The notes under the pieces are model-generated. The model worked only from the letters and a program-made list of their open reading frames with translations. It was not told where the DNA came from and ran no database searches. Positions 10,369-19,772 of a DNA stretch of 64,000 bases are shown here, piece by piece. A program made the translations under genes and the position numbers. The stretch covers positions 13,653 through 77,652 of the forward strand of contig JAFZQO010000043.1 of assembly GCA_017620335.1 (NCBI GenBank), read 5' to 3'. Origin of the DNA: Bacteroidales bacterium. Lineage in GTDB: Bacteria; Bacteroidota; Bacteroidia; Bacteroidales; UBA932. How positions within the stretch are numbered: position 1 is the stretch's first letter; the number at the start of each line of letters is the position of its first letter.

Positions 10369-11199
10369 ATGTCTACAATCGGAATTGATATCGGAGGGAC
10401 GAACCTGTGTCTCGGCATTGTCGAGGACGGGCGGATATCGAACTTGTTCTCGACTCCTTCCTTTTCTCCGGAGTCAACCCTGGAGCAGACGCTGGAGCAT
10501 CTCTCGAACCAGATACTTAAGATATTCAATTCAGGCGTCACGAAGATCGGCATAGGCGTCCCCTCCGTCGTGGATGTCAAACGCGGCATCGTGTACGATA
10601 CGCAGAACATTCCCTCGTGGAAGGAAGTCCCCCTGAAAGAGTATCTTGAGGACCGCTTCCACGTGCCCGTGGCGGTCAACAACGACGCCAACTGCTTTGC
10701 GATGGGCGTTTACGGGACCTATCCCGCCGACTCCAAGCCCGAGACCCTCGTGGTCGTCACGCTCGGCACGGGCGTCGGCATGGGCATCGTGAACGAGGGA
10801 AAGCTCTTCTGCGGGACCAACTGCGGGGCGGGCGAGCTCTGCTGCCTGCCGTACAAGGATTCCATCCTGGAGGATTATTGCAGCAAGAAGTATTTCACGG
10901 GGGCCGGATGGGACAGCAGGAAGGCGGCCGAGGCCGCGAAGGCGGGCGACTCCGACGCCCTGCTCCTCTTCGACGAGTTCGGGCGTCATCTAGGCGCTCT
11001 GGTATGCACCGTCATGTACGCCTACGACCCGAGCCACATCGGGCTGGCCGGCGGCATAGCCAACAACTATCCTTTCTTCTGCCAGGCCATGGAGGAGTAC
11101 ATTTGGGCCAATTTCCCCTACCGCAAACCCCTCGAAAACCTCAAGATCGACGTATTCACCGGTGACACCCTTCCCATTCTCGGGGCGTCCCTCATCTAA
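10369..11199 (+). CDS. Divergent ROK/ASKHA-family sugar kinase (glucokinase-like)
   Basis: N-terminal IGIDIGGTN phosphate-1 motif, NDANC, VVTLGTGVGMGIV, GAGEL. Only 276 aa, and the usual ROK ExGH/CxCGxxGC zinc motif is not visible (GELCC instead of GEIGH). Confidence 0.6.
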   Translation: MSTIGIDIGGTNLCLGIVEDGRISNLFSTPSFSPESTLEQTLEHLSNQILKIFNSGVTKIGIGVPSVVDVKRGIVYDTQNIPSWKEVPLKEYLEDRFHVPVAVNNDANCFAMGVYGTYPADSKPETLVVVTLGTGVGMGIVNEGKLFCGTNCGAGELCCLPYKDSILEDYCSKKYFTGAGWDSRKAAEAAKAGDSDALLLFDEFGRHLGALVCTVMYAYDPSHIGLAGGIANNYPFFCQAMEEYIWANFPYRKPLENLKIDVFTGDTLPILGASLI

Positions 11200-11213
11200 T
11201 CATTCCAACCAAT

Positions 11214-12371
11214 ATGAAGAGAATCAGCTTTTTCCTTTTCGGCATCCTCGCATGTGTGTCAGCGTTCGCGCAGGTGGACCAGGGCCGTGACCTGTCCAAG
11301 TATGCCGACGACAAGTTCAGCGAAGACGACAAGTACACGGTGACCGAGCCCTATCAGACCGTGACGGTGGCGCAGCCGAAATCCAAGAAGATCAAGAACG
11401 TCATCTTCATGATCGGTGACGGGATGGGCCTCGAGCAGGTCAGCGTGGCGTGGACGCTCAACGGCGGCCACCTTAATCTCGACAATTTCCCGGTGACGGG
11501 CTTCTCGCGCACCTATTGCGTGGACAAGCTCGTGACGGACTCCTGCGCCGGCGGCACCGCGCTTGCCATCGGAAAGAAGACGCTGTACGGGTACATAGGC
11601 CAGGATGCCGAAGGCAATCCCGGTTTCTCCCTGCTCCATGAAGCGCAGAGGAAGGGGATGAAGACAGGCCTTGCGGTGACCTGCCGCATCAACGACGCTA
11701 CTCCCGCCGATTTCGCGCTTCATTCTCCTGACCGTCATCTGGAGGCTGAGATAGCCGCCCAGTATGTCGACAGCGGGGTGGACTTCATCTCAGGCGGCGG
11801 ACGCCAGTTCTGGGACGAGCGCGAGGACGGCCGCAACCTCATCAACGAGATGAAGGCCAAGGGATATACTTTCGTAGACAACGACGAGGACCTCAGGAAG
11901 GCCACCGGCGAGCGTCTGCTGGGCCTTTACGGCCCGCTGGACCTCGACCCGGTGCTGGACCGCGGCCCCATCCTGGAAGACAGCGCCATGAAGGCCATCG
12001 AGATGCTTGACAACAAGAAAGGATTCTTCCTCATGATCGAGGGTTCTCAGATCGACGACTGGTGCCACCGCCAGAAGGTGGGGTACATGGCCGAGGAATT
12101 CTTCGACTTCGACAAGACCATAGGCAAGGTCCTGGAGTGGGCCGCGAAGGACGGGCACACGCTCGTCATCGTCACCGCCGACCATGCCACCGGAGGCCTC
12201 ACCCTGATCGACGGCAGCCTGGAGGACAGGTCGGTCAGCGTGCATTTCTCGACCAAGGGTCACAACGGCATCATGGTCCCGGTCTTCGCCTACGGCCCCC
12301 ACGCCGATGAGTTCGTGGGAGCCTATGAGAATTCCGAGCTGGCGGAGAAGATCCGCAAGCTGATGAAGTGA
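11214..12371 (+). CDS. Secreted alkaline phosphatase (PhoA family)
   Basis: Signal peptide. Motifs FMIGDGMG, VTDSCAGGTA (nucleophile Ser region), EGSQIDDWCH and VTADHATGG are typical of the alkaline phosphatase family. 14-nt gap from the kinase gene. Confidence 0.8.
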   Translation: MKRISFFLFGILACVSAFAQVDQGRDLSKYADDKFSEDDKYTVTEPYQTVTVAQPKSKKIKNVIFMIGDGMGLEQVSVAWTLNGGHLNLDNFPVTGFSRTYCVDKLVTDSCAGGTALAIGKKTLYGYIGQDAEGNPGFSLLHEAQRKGMKTGLAVTCRINDATPADFALHSPDRHLEAEIAAQYVDSGVDFISGGGRQFWDEREDGRNLINEMKAKGYTFVDNDEDLRKATGERLLGLYGPLDLDPVLDRGPILEDSAMKAIEMLDNKKGFFLMIEGSQIDDWCHRQKVGYMAEEFFDFDKTIGKVLEWAAKDGHTLVIVTADHATGGLTLIDGSLEDRSVSVHFSTKGHNGIMVPVFAYGPHADEFVGAYENSELAEKIRKLMK

Positions 12372-12381
12372 CGCCCGCAGG

Positions 12382-13287
12382 TTAGTCGATATTCTTCTTC
12401 TCGGCGGTCCAGCCTTCGCGCTGGGCTACGCCGCAGGGATCGCCCTGGAACATTTTCGCGGCCTCCTTGTCGCCCTGGAGCTGCCACTGCAGCCAGGCGA
12501 GGGCCACGACGGAGAATTCGCCGCCGTGCAGCTGGGCGTAGGTGCCACCGTGGCCGACAGGATAATTGGCCGCGAAGGCGGGAACCTTGGTGATGCGGGA
12601 GAAGTCGTCCATGCCGTTGCCGTAGGCGATGTCGGTCTCACCTCCGAGGATGTAGATGATGGGGACCTTGATCTCCTGGAGTCTCTCCTTGTCGGGCATG
12701 GGCATTCCGGGGACGGCTCCTGCCGGGTTGGAGAACAGGCCGCTGTTGCAGATCATGAGGGTCTTTAGGCGCGGGTCGGTGGCGTTGTCGAGCGTCTGGA
12801 GGCCGCCGCAGGACATTCCGGCAGCGGCGACTGCGTCGAGGTCAAGTTTCTGATAATAAGGGCTTTCCTTGTCAGCGTTGACTGCGGTGGCCCAGTCGAT
12901 GCTCTCCAGCTGCTGAGCGGAGGTGGACTGTGGACCGTAGTTGCGCTTGCCCTCCTCGGGCATGTAGCCGGTGGCGATGACCATGAATCCGTGCGAGGCG
13001 ATCTCGCTCAGGAAATTGACGTGCTCCCAGGGAGAGTTGGTGCAGGCGCCGTTGCCCCAGACGAGGATGGGGAGGGGATTCTTCTTGCCGAAGGCGCTGA
13101 GGTCCTCGGGGCGGAAGATGGTGTGGGCCTCGAGGCTGGGCTCGGTAACCATGATGGCCTTGTAGGCGCCGGTGCCGCCGTCTTCCACGACCTTCATTTC
13201 ACTATAGGTTTCAGCGACTTTCGCGCCGCCGCACGACTGGAGCAGCGCGACCGCGCCTGCCGCCAGGATCAAAAGAGTCTTTTTCAT
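12382..13287 (-). CDS. Alpha/beta-hydrolase lipoprotein (esterase/lipase-like)
   Basis: Lipobox LLQSCGG. GxSxG nucleophile elbow (GMSCGG). HG-type oxyanion region (ILVWGNGAC). C-terminal His (YPVGHGG). Confidence 0.65.
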   Translation of the reverse strand: MKKTLLILAAGAVALLQSCGGAKVAETYSEMKVVEDGGTGAYKAIMVTEPSLEAHTIFRPEDLSAFGKKNPLPILVWGNGACTNSPWEHVNFLSEIASHGFMVIATGYMPEEGKRNYGPQSTSAQQLESIDWATAVNADKESPYYQKLDLDAVAAAGMSCGGLQTLDNATDPRLKTLMICNSGLFSNPAGAVPGMPMPDKERLQEIKVPIIYILGGETDIAYGNGMDDFSRITKVPAFAANYPVGHGGTYAQLHGGEFSVVALAWLQWQLQGDKEAAKMFQGDPCGVAQREGWTAEKKNID

Positions 13288-13360
13288 ATCTTTCTGTTTT
13301 TGAGGTTATTCTTTCCGTCCCACAAATTTACTCTTTTTCCCAGACCTTTCATAGGAAAAA

Positions 13361-13510
13361 CATCCCTTCTTTTCTTCTCCTTTTCCCCTCTCTGTCTTTT
13401 CCTTCCTCTTCGCTCTCCAGTTACACATCATCGTTCTCCCACCCTTCCTTTTTTCTCGCTCTTTACACTCCTTCACTGCCTTATTTTAATATCCCTCCAT
13501 CCCCGTCTGC
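13361..13510. repeat. Strand-asymmetric low-complexity tract (about 82-92% pyrimidine on + strand, i.e. polypurine on the - strand)
   Basis: Hand count: 5 purines in 13361-13420 and 11 in 13421-13480. On the - strand it is a GA-rich leader upstream of the 12382..13287 gene, with many GGA/AGGA motifs. Confidence 0.8.
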
Positions 13511-13600
13511 AGCCTGGCCGATATGGCCCGTAGATCCGGTTTCGATTCGTTACTGAAGATTTTTCAAAATAAAATGGTCCATGAGTGAATAAAGATCCGG

Positions 13601-13634
13601 AAACAAAAGGGGGCCGCCATCACGGCGGCCCCCC
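13601..13634 (-). terminator. Rho-independent terminator after the SusD-like gene
   Basis: GGGGGCCGCC/GGCGGCCCCC 10-bp GC stem. On the - strand it is followed by TTTTGTTT. It lies 52 nt downstream of the SusD-like stop. Confidence 0.75.
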
Positions 13635-13685
13635 TTCTTAACACAAACCAATTAACTAAATATAATCAACCTTGGAAACAGGTTA

Positions 13686-15476
13686 TTATTCGGCATCCTC
13701 CGCGGTGTTGAGGCCTTCCCAGCCAAGGACATCCTTGAACTTGTTGGAAGCCTTCCTGTCGCGAGGGAACGGGAGGTATTTGTACTTGTCGGAGAAGTCG
13801 TTGAACTTGACCGAGGAGTATTCGGTGTACAGACGGTGCTCGGGCTCGCCCTTGGTGAAGTAAGCGTCGAACACGGTAGGGACCTTCTTGTGGATGCCGC
13901 CGTACTGGGTGTTGTAGAGAGCCTTCATATCCACCTTTCCTGCATTGTCCCAACGGACAAGGTCAGGGAAGCGGCAGCCTTCCCACCACATCTCGTACTG
14001 CTTCTCGTCCATGACATCCTGGAAGGTGAGCTTGGAGCTGATCTTACCGGAGCCGGAACGCTGCTGGACATCATTGAGGGCCTTCAGACCCTTGGCCTCG
14101 TCACTCGAACCGATGCAGGCCTCTGCATAGAGGAGAAGAGCCTCGGCGTAACGGGCTACGTTGAAGTTGGCCTGGTTGGAGGCGCCGCCCATGACTGCGT
14201 TGATGTTGTCGCCGGCATATTCCTTGCCACCGGTGAGAATCCTCGAAGGCTTGGCATAGGACATGCGCTTCCACTCGAAGTAAGGACCGTGGCTGTAGAT
14301 ACCGTCGGTCTTCTCGATACCGCGGGTGGGGTCGGTCTTCCTCTCGGCGAGGGGGGCATCATTCTTGTCGGAGTTCCACTCCATCTCGTAGAGCCACTCG
14401 TCAGCGGTGAGGAAGCAGGCCTTGCGGCGAGGGGAGTCACCGTCATGCTCGAGGAACTTCTGGGCGAAGCCTTCCTGGATAGCACCGCCGTTCCATCCTG
14501 CGCAAGGGGTGCAAGGAGGGATGGAGGCGAGGTGGTCGGTACGCCAGCAGAGAACGTCGGCGACCATCCAGCGGCTGTTGTTGACATTGTCCCAGAAGCT
14601 GAGGTTGGAATCGTAGATGTAGTTGGGCTCGAAGATCTTCTCGACGCTGCCGTCTCCGGGAACGTGGAAGTTTGTCCAGTACTCCTCGGTGGGGACGAGG
14701 GCATACTTGCCGGAGTTGATGAGGTCGCCGAGATACTTGCGGGCGGTAGCAGGGTCGTTGTCGAACATTGCGGCCTTGCCGGCTACGAACTGGGCGAAGC
14801 CCTTGCTCATACGGACGGTGGCGTCCTTGTCGTTCACGCTTTTGCGCTCGGGAAGGAGACCGGAAGAAATGGCCTTCTCGCACTCGGAGACGACCCACTT
14901 GAGGATCTGGGACTGGCTTTCCGCCTGGATAGGGAGCTCATCGGGCTCGAGGAGACGGTCGATGATGGCGGGACGGTTCCAGAGGATGGCCATCATCATA
15001 TGGACGTAGGCGCGCAGGACGCGGGCCTCGGCCACGCACTGCTTGGTGTAGTTGCTTTCCCACTTCGGGGCCTCCTCGTTGCGGTTCTCCGTGCTGAAGT
15101 TGGAAATCACGAGGTTGCAAGCGTAGATACAGGACACATAGCGGTCGTAGCAGGTCTTCAGGATACCGTTCGTCTCGTCATAGCGGAACTCGCAGAAGAT
15201 ACGGAACTCGTCGTGGTCGTCGATGTTGCCGCCGGCGGCGAGGATGTCATCTGAAGAATAGTTGAGGATCATCAGCTCAGGGTTGTTGATACCGTTGGCT
15301 GACGCAACGCTCAGGAAGCTGGAATACATTTTGGCCAAGGCGGCCTCGGCGTCTGCATCGGAAGCGTAGAACTCCAGGGTACTGAGGGTACCCTTCTGGG
15401 GGATCTCAAGCAATTTCTCGCAAGAGACTGCGACAAGGGCGAATCCTAATATAATAGGGAGTATGATCTTTTTCAT
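13686..15476 (-). CDS. SusD/RagB-family nutrient-binding outer-membrane lipoprotein
   Basis: ATG at 15476 gives MKKIILPIILGFALVAVSC. ~596 aa, 15 nt downstream of a SusC-like gene. TPR-like helical N-terminal part, typical SusD length and position. Confidence 0.85.
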   Translation of the reverse strand: MKKIILPIILGFALVAVSCEKLLEIPQKGTLSTLEFYASDADAEAALAKMYSSFLSVASANGINNPELMILNYSSDDILAAGGNIDDHDEFRIFCEFRYDETNGILKTCYDRYVSCIYACNLVISNFSTENRNEEAPKWESNYTKQCVAEARVLRAYVHMMMAILWNRPAIIDRLLEPDELPIQAESQSQILKWVVSECEKAISSGLLPERKSVNDKDATVRMSKGFAQFVAGKAAMFDNDPATARKYLGDLINSGKYALVPTEEYWTNFHVPGDGSVEKIFEPNYIYDSNLSFWDNVNNSRWMVADVLCWRTDHLASIPPCTPCAGWNGGAIQEGFAQKFLEHDGDSPRRKACFLTADEWLYEMEWNSDKNDAPLAERKTDPTRGIEKTDGIYSHGPYFEWKRMSYAKPSRILTGGKEYAGDNINAVMGGASNQANFNVARYAEALLLYAEACIGSSDEAKGLKALNDVQQRSGSGKISSKLTFQDVMDEKQYEMWWEGCRFPDLVRWDNAGKVDMKALYNTQYGGIHKKVPTVFDAYFTKGEPEHRLYTEYSSVKFNDFSDKYKYLPFPRDRKASNKFKDVLGWEGLNTAEDAE

Positions 15477-15491
15477 TGCGCAAATCATTGA

Positions 15492-18400
15492 TTAGAATGT
15501 GACGTTTACACCAAGGAGAACCTTCTGCATGGTAGGATAGGAACCGAAGTCGAGGCCTGCACCGGAGGAGGTGTTCATGGCAGCGGTCTCAGGATCGAGT
15601 CCAGGATACTTGGAGAAGGTGAAGAAGTCGTCGAGCGAAACATAGAAGCGGAGGTTGCTGATGGCAGCCTTCTTCGTGATCTTGGAAGGCAGGGTGTAAC
15701 CGAACTGCATCTGCTTGATACGGAAGTAGTCTCCCTTGAATACGTTGGCGGTGGAGGACCAGAACTTGTACTCACCGACGATCTTTTCGGGGTTAGGATA
15801 CCTTCCGGCCTCATACTCCTGGAGGTAGTACCTGAGGTCATTCTTGAAACCGGTACGGTGGAGGACGGGCATGAGGACATTGCCTGCGACACCTGCGCCG
15901 TAGAGGGCGAAGTCAAAGCCCTTCCAGTCGAGGGTGAAGTTCAGACCGAAAGTGTACTTAGGAGTCGTCGTGCCGAGGAAGGTCATATCACCGGAATTGA
16001 TGTCGCCGTCGCCATTGACATCCTTGAGGATGGCGCTGCCGTCGGAAGCTACGCCTTCGAAGATGTAGCCGTTCATGTACCAGATCGGGTAGCCCACGTC
16101 GAAGACGGTCTCGACCTGATAGTTGGAGGAGCTGGCGTCAGTCCTTCTGGAAGGAGTGGAACCTTCAGCAAGCGAGAGAACCTCGTTGTGCAGGGTGGTG
16201 AAGTTGCCGTTGATGCTGTAGTTGATCTCACCGATGCGGTCCCTCCAGCCAAGCTCGAACTCCCAGCCGCGGTTGAGGACGTCACCACCGTTGGTGGTCA
16301 CGGAGCTGAAACCGAGCTCGGAAGGAATGGAGACGCTGAAGAGGAGGTCCTTGGTCTGCTTGTTATAGTAGTCCGCATCGAAGGTCAGGCGGTTGTTGAA
16401 CAGGCGGGCGTTGACACCGAAGTCGATCTGCTCGGAGGTCTCCCACTTGAGGTTCGGGTTCGGGAGCTTGCTCGGGGCGTAACCGTCGACGGAACCGACC
16501 TGATCCACGTGATACTGGTAGGAACCGGACTTGGATACGGTGGCGGTGTAAGGATAGCCGCTGAGCACGCTGATGTTACCGTTGCGGCCCCAGGAGGCGC
16601 GGAACTTCAGGAAGTTGAAGATGCTGGTGTTGACGTTCTCCTTGAAGAACCTCTCGTTGCTGACGGTCCAGTAGGCGGACACTGAAGGGAAGTAACCCCA
16701 ACGGTTGCTGGCGGGAAGCTTCGAGGAGTCGAATGCGTCGGCACGGAAGTTGGCCTGGATCTGATAGCGATTGTCGTAGTTCCAGATCAGACGGCCGTAG
16801 TAGGCGAGGGATGCGCTCTTGCTGGGGGCGTTGCTCATGGTCTTCGGAGCGTCGTCCAGCAAGTAGGAAATGTACTGGTAGTTCTCCTCATACTTCTGGA
16901 GGATGTCTGCACCGCTGGAGCTTGCGCTCACACCGTCGGAGTTGGTCTCGCGATAGGACATACCGGCCATCACGGTGAAGTTGTTCTTGCCGATGTTGAA
17001 GAGGTAGTTGGCGAAGTTCTCCCACTGATAGTACCAGCCGGTGGAGGCGCTTGCGGAGATGGAGTAGGTCTTCGAGGAACCGCGGTCACCGATCCAGTAA
17101 GGAGTGCTGTAGCTGTGGCTGGTGCTGAAGTTGAGGCGGTAGCCGAGACGGGAAGTGATGGTCAGGCCCTTTAGAGGCATCACGTTGGCAAAGAAGGTTC
17201 CGTTGATGTTGAAACCGCCGTTGCTGCCTTTGGAGGCGTCGCGCTTTGCGAGTGCGCTACCTTCCATATCGGAATACTTGGTATTGGCATACCAGCCGTG
17301 TTCGTCGCGGAACAGGGTGTAGTTGATGTCGGAGGTGCCGTTCTGGAGAGCGTTGTAGACGGTCTTGAAGGAGAGGGACATCTCATCAGGGGTGAGCCAG
17401 TAAACAGGGGTCATCGGGTCCATGACGAGCATCTGCTCGAAGGAGGAACCGTAGCCGCGCTGGGAAACGCTCTGGGTGCTCCACTTCTCGATGGAGTTGT
17501 TGCTTCCGACCTGCAGCCACTTGAAGAGGTTGTAGTCGGCGTTGACCTGGGCGGTGAGACGGTTGTAAACGTCTTTCCTTCCCTTGACGATACCGTCGTC
17601 GTACACGTAATTAAGAGCGGTGAAGAAGTGGCCGTTCTTATTACCGCCGGAGAAGCTGATGCCGTGCTGGTGGCTCCAGGTAGGCTCAGTGTAAGCGGAG
17701 ATCCAGTCGGTGTCGATGACGCCGTTGGGATAATCGGCGTGCTTGTAGTCGAACTGGTCCATCTGGCCTTTCACCCAGTCGGCTCCGTACTCGTAGCCGA
17801 GATATCTGATGAGTTCCTCGCGGTTCATCATAGGACGTCCGCTGAAGCTCTGGAGAGTGGCCTTGCCGTTGTAGGTGACGCTGACCTGGCCGTCCTTACC
17901 GCTCTTGGTGGTCACGAGGACGACACCGTTACCGGCCTGGGCGCCGTAGATGGCGGCGGAGGCGGCATCCTTCAGAACCTCGATGGATTCGATCATCGAA
18001 GGGTCGATGTACTGGATGCTGCTGACCTGCAGACCGTCGACGATGTAGAGAGGGGAGAGGCTACCTCCGTTGGAGGAATAACCGCGGACGCGGATGGTGG
18101 CGCCTTCACCAGGAGCACCGTTCGTGAGAACGTGGACACCGGCGGCCTTGCCCTGGAGGGCGGCGGCGGCATCGACGGTGGAACGGTTCTTCAGGTCTTC
18201 GGAGCGGACAGACGCAACTGCGCCGGAGAGGTCGCTCTTCTTCTGGACACCATAACCGATAACGACGGTCTCATCGAGGAATTCGCTGTCCTCCTCGAGA
18301 GTGAAGTTGATCACCGGACGGCCTGCTACGGCCACGGTCTGCTCGGCATAGCCGATGCAGGACACGGTGATACTGGCTTGCGGGGGAACCATGAGGGAGT

Positions 18401-18590
18401 AGTTTCCGTCAAGGTTCGTTTCTGTTCCAAGGGCGTTGTTTCCAACAACCACTACGGCGGCACCGACGATAGGTTCGCCGTTCTTGTCAACTACTTTACC
18501 GGTCAGGGGCCTGGGCTGGGCGAATGCGGTTACGCCTATGAGCAGGAGTGACGCGATGAAAGCAGCGCTTTTCAGGATCGCTTGTTTCAT
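15492..18590 (-). CDS. SusC/RagA-family TonB-dependent outer-membrane transporter
   Basis: 1032 aa. Signal peptide, carboxypeptidase-regulatory-like N-terminal domain (LTGKVVDKNGEPIVGAAVVV), plug (VVIGYGVQKKSDLSGAV) and a C-terminal beta-barrel ending in NVTF. Confidence 0.9.
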   Translation of the reverse strand: MKQAILKSAAFIASLLLIGVTAFAQPRPLTGKVVDKNGEPIVGAAVVVVGNNALGTETNLDGNYSLMVPPQASITVSCIGYAEQTVAVAGRPVINFTLEEDSEFLDETVVIGYGVQKKSDLSGAVASVRSEDLKNRSTVDAAAALQGKAAGVHVLTNGAPGEGATIRVRGYSSNGGSLSPLYIVDGLQVSSIQYIDPSMIESIEVLKDAASAAIYGAQAGNGVVLVTTKSGKDGQVSVTYNGKATLQSFSGRPMMNREELIRYLGYEYGADWVKGQMDQFDYKHADYPNGVIDTDWISAYTEPTWSHQHGISFSGGNKNGHFFTALNYVYDDGIVKGRKDVYNRLTAQVNADYNLFKWLQVGSNNSIEKWSTQSVSQRGYGSSFEQMLVMDPMTPVYWLTPDEMSLSFKTVYNALQNGTSDINYTLFRDEHGWYANTKYSDMEGSALAKRDASKGSNGGFNINGTFFANVMPLKGLTITSRLGYRLNFSTSHSYSTPYWIGDRGSSKTYSISASASTGWYYQWENFANYLFNIGKNNFTVMAGMSYRETNSDGVSASSSGADILQKYEENYQYISYLLDDAPKTMSNAPSKSASLAYYGRLIWNYDNRYQIQANFRADAFDSSKLPASNRWGYFPSVSAYWTVSNERFFKENVNTSIFNFLKFRASWGRNGNISVLSGYPYTATVSKSGSYQYHVDQVGSVDGYAPSKLPNPNLKWETSEQIDFGVNARLFNNRLTFDADYYNKQTKDLLFSVSIPSELGFSSVTTNGGDVLNRGWEFELGWRDRIGEINYSINGNFTTLHNEVLSLAEGSTPSRRTDASSSNYQVETVFDVGYPIWYMNGYIFEGVASDGSAILKDVNGDGDINSGDMTFLGTTTPKYTFGLNFTLDWKGFDFALYGAGVAGNVLMPVLHRTGFKNDLRYYLQEYEAGRYPNPEKIVGEYKFWSSTANVFKGDYFRIKQMQFGYTLPSKITKKAAISNLRFYVSLDDFFTFSKYPGLDPETAAMNTSSGAGLDFGSYPTMQKVLLGVNVTF

Positions 18591-18621
18591 TTGGTTAAAT
18601 GGATTAAAAGGTTTTATGGCC

Positions 18622-18629
18622 CAAAATTA
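18622..18629 (-). promoter_or_regulatory. -7 promoter box for the SusC-like gene
   Basis: CAAAATTA on + strand equals TAATTTTG (TAnnTTTG) on the - strand, 32 nt upstream of the ATG at 18590. Confidence 0.4.
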
Positions 18630-18751
18630 GCCTCTTAATCCTTAACCGCGTTCCAATTTTCAATCAGATGTTTTAAGATTTAACGAAATGTTCGGGTTTT
18701 TTATCAAAATGGTAATATCGTGGCTGAAATTTAAAAGCGATTGAACGAATT

Positions 18752-19771
18752 TTAAATCGTTTTTAAAAGGATTCTGAAGACTTTCCCCGGGTTTTGGGAC
18801 CATTTTGAAAGATTTTCGCCTGCTCCTGACCAATCTGTGACGCTGGAGACCAAGGTGTCGACGGGGCAGGCGCCGCGCTCCATGTAGCGGATGACGGCAC
18901 GGAAATCGGACGGTTCCGCATTGCGTGAACCCCTGATATCCAGCTCTTTCTGGACGAAGAGGCGGGTCTCGAAGGTGACGTCGGCCTTGGAGTAGCCGAT
19001 GCAGACGACGCGGCCGGTGAAGGCGACGGCGTCGACGGCGAGCCGGTAGGTCGCCGGGCTGCCGACGGCCTCGACGACCACGTCGGGGCCGTCGCCGCCG
19101 GTGACCCGCGCGAGCCGTTCGCGGAAGTCGGGGGCCATTGTGTTGAGACCGTATTTCGCGCCCATCTGTCTTGCTATGTTGAGTTTGCCGTCGTCGATGT
19201 CGGCCGCGATGACCGTGGCGCCGCGCAGGGCCGCGCGCACCACTGCGCCGAGGCCGACCATCCCGCAGCCGATGACCATCACGGTGTCCGTGTCGGTTAC
19301 GGCGCCGCGGGAGACGGCGTGGAATCCCACGCTCATCGGCTCCACGAGGGCCGCCTCACGGGTGCTGAGGCCGCCGGCCGGGATGACTTTCTCCCAGGGG
19401 ACGACCATGAACTCGCGCATGGCGCCGTCCCGCTGGACACCCAGCGTCTGGTTGTTGCGGCAGGCGTTGGGACGGCCGCGACGGCAGGACGGGCAGGTGC
19501 CGCATGCGGTGTAAGGGTTGACGGTAACGGTCATCCCGGGCTTGAGGAAGTCCGGCACGCCTGCTCCGACGGCCTCGACGACCGCGCCGATCTCGTGTCC
19601 CGGGATCACCGGGCTCTTTGCGAGGGCGTTGGCCCCGCGGAAAGTGTTGAGGTCGGATCCACAGAATCCGACATATTCCATGCGGAGCAGGACCTCCCCG
19701 GCTCCGGCTTCCGGCTCGGGGAGGCTGACTACCTCCACCCGGCCGGGTTCTGTTATCTGCAAAGCTTTCAT
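18752..19771 (-). CDS. Zinc-dependent medium-chain alcohol/polyol dehydrogenase
   Basis: Start MKALQITEPGRVEVV at 19771. GFCGSDL, GHEIGAVVE, CGTCPSCRRGRPNAC (structural Zn cysteines), Rossmann motif VIGCGMVGLG. The longer 450-aa ORF is an Arg/Ser-rich extension overlapping the AKR gene. Confidence 0.8.
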   Translation of the reverse strand: MKALQITEPGRVEVVSLPEPEAGAGEVLLRMEYVGFCGSDLNTFRGANALAKSPVIPGHEIGAVVEAVGAGVPDFLKPGMTVTVNPYTACGTCPSCRRGRPNACRNNQTLGVQRDGAMREFMVVPWEKVIPAGGLSTREAALVEPMSVGFHAVSRGAVTDTDTVMVIGCGMVGLGAVVRAALRGATVIAADIDDGKLNIARQMGAKYGLNTMAPDFRERLARVTGGDGPDVVVEAVGSPATYRLAVDAVAFTGRVVCIGYSKADVTFETRLFVQKELDIRGSRNAEPSDFRAVIRYMERGACPVDTLVSSVTDWSGAGENLSKWSQNPGKVFRILLKTI

Positions 19772-19772
19772 T

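Noticed and set aside
12991-13533. The 180-aa + strand ORF running through the esterase 5' end and the pyrimidine tract (FLFLRLFFPS...LPFFSLFTLL).
   Set aside because: It is a low-complexity translation of the CT-rich tract. It overlaps a good minus-strand gene and has no start context or motifs.
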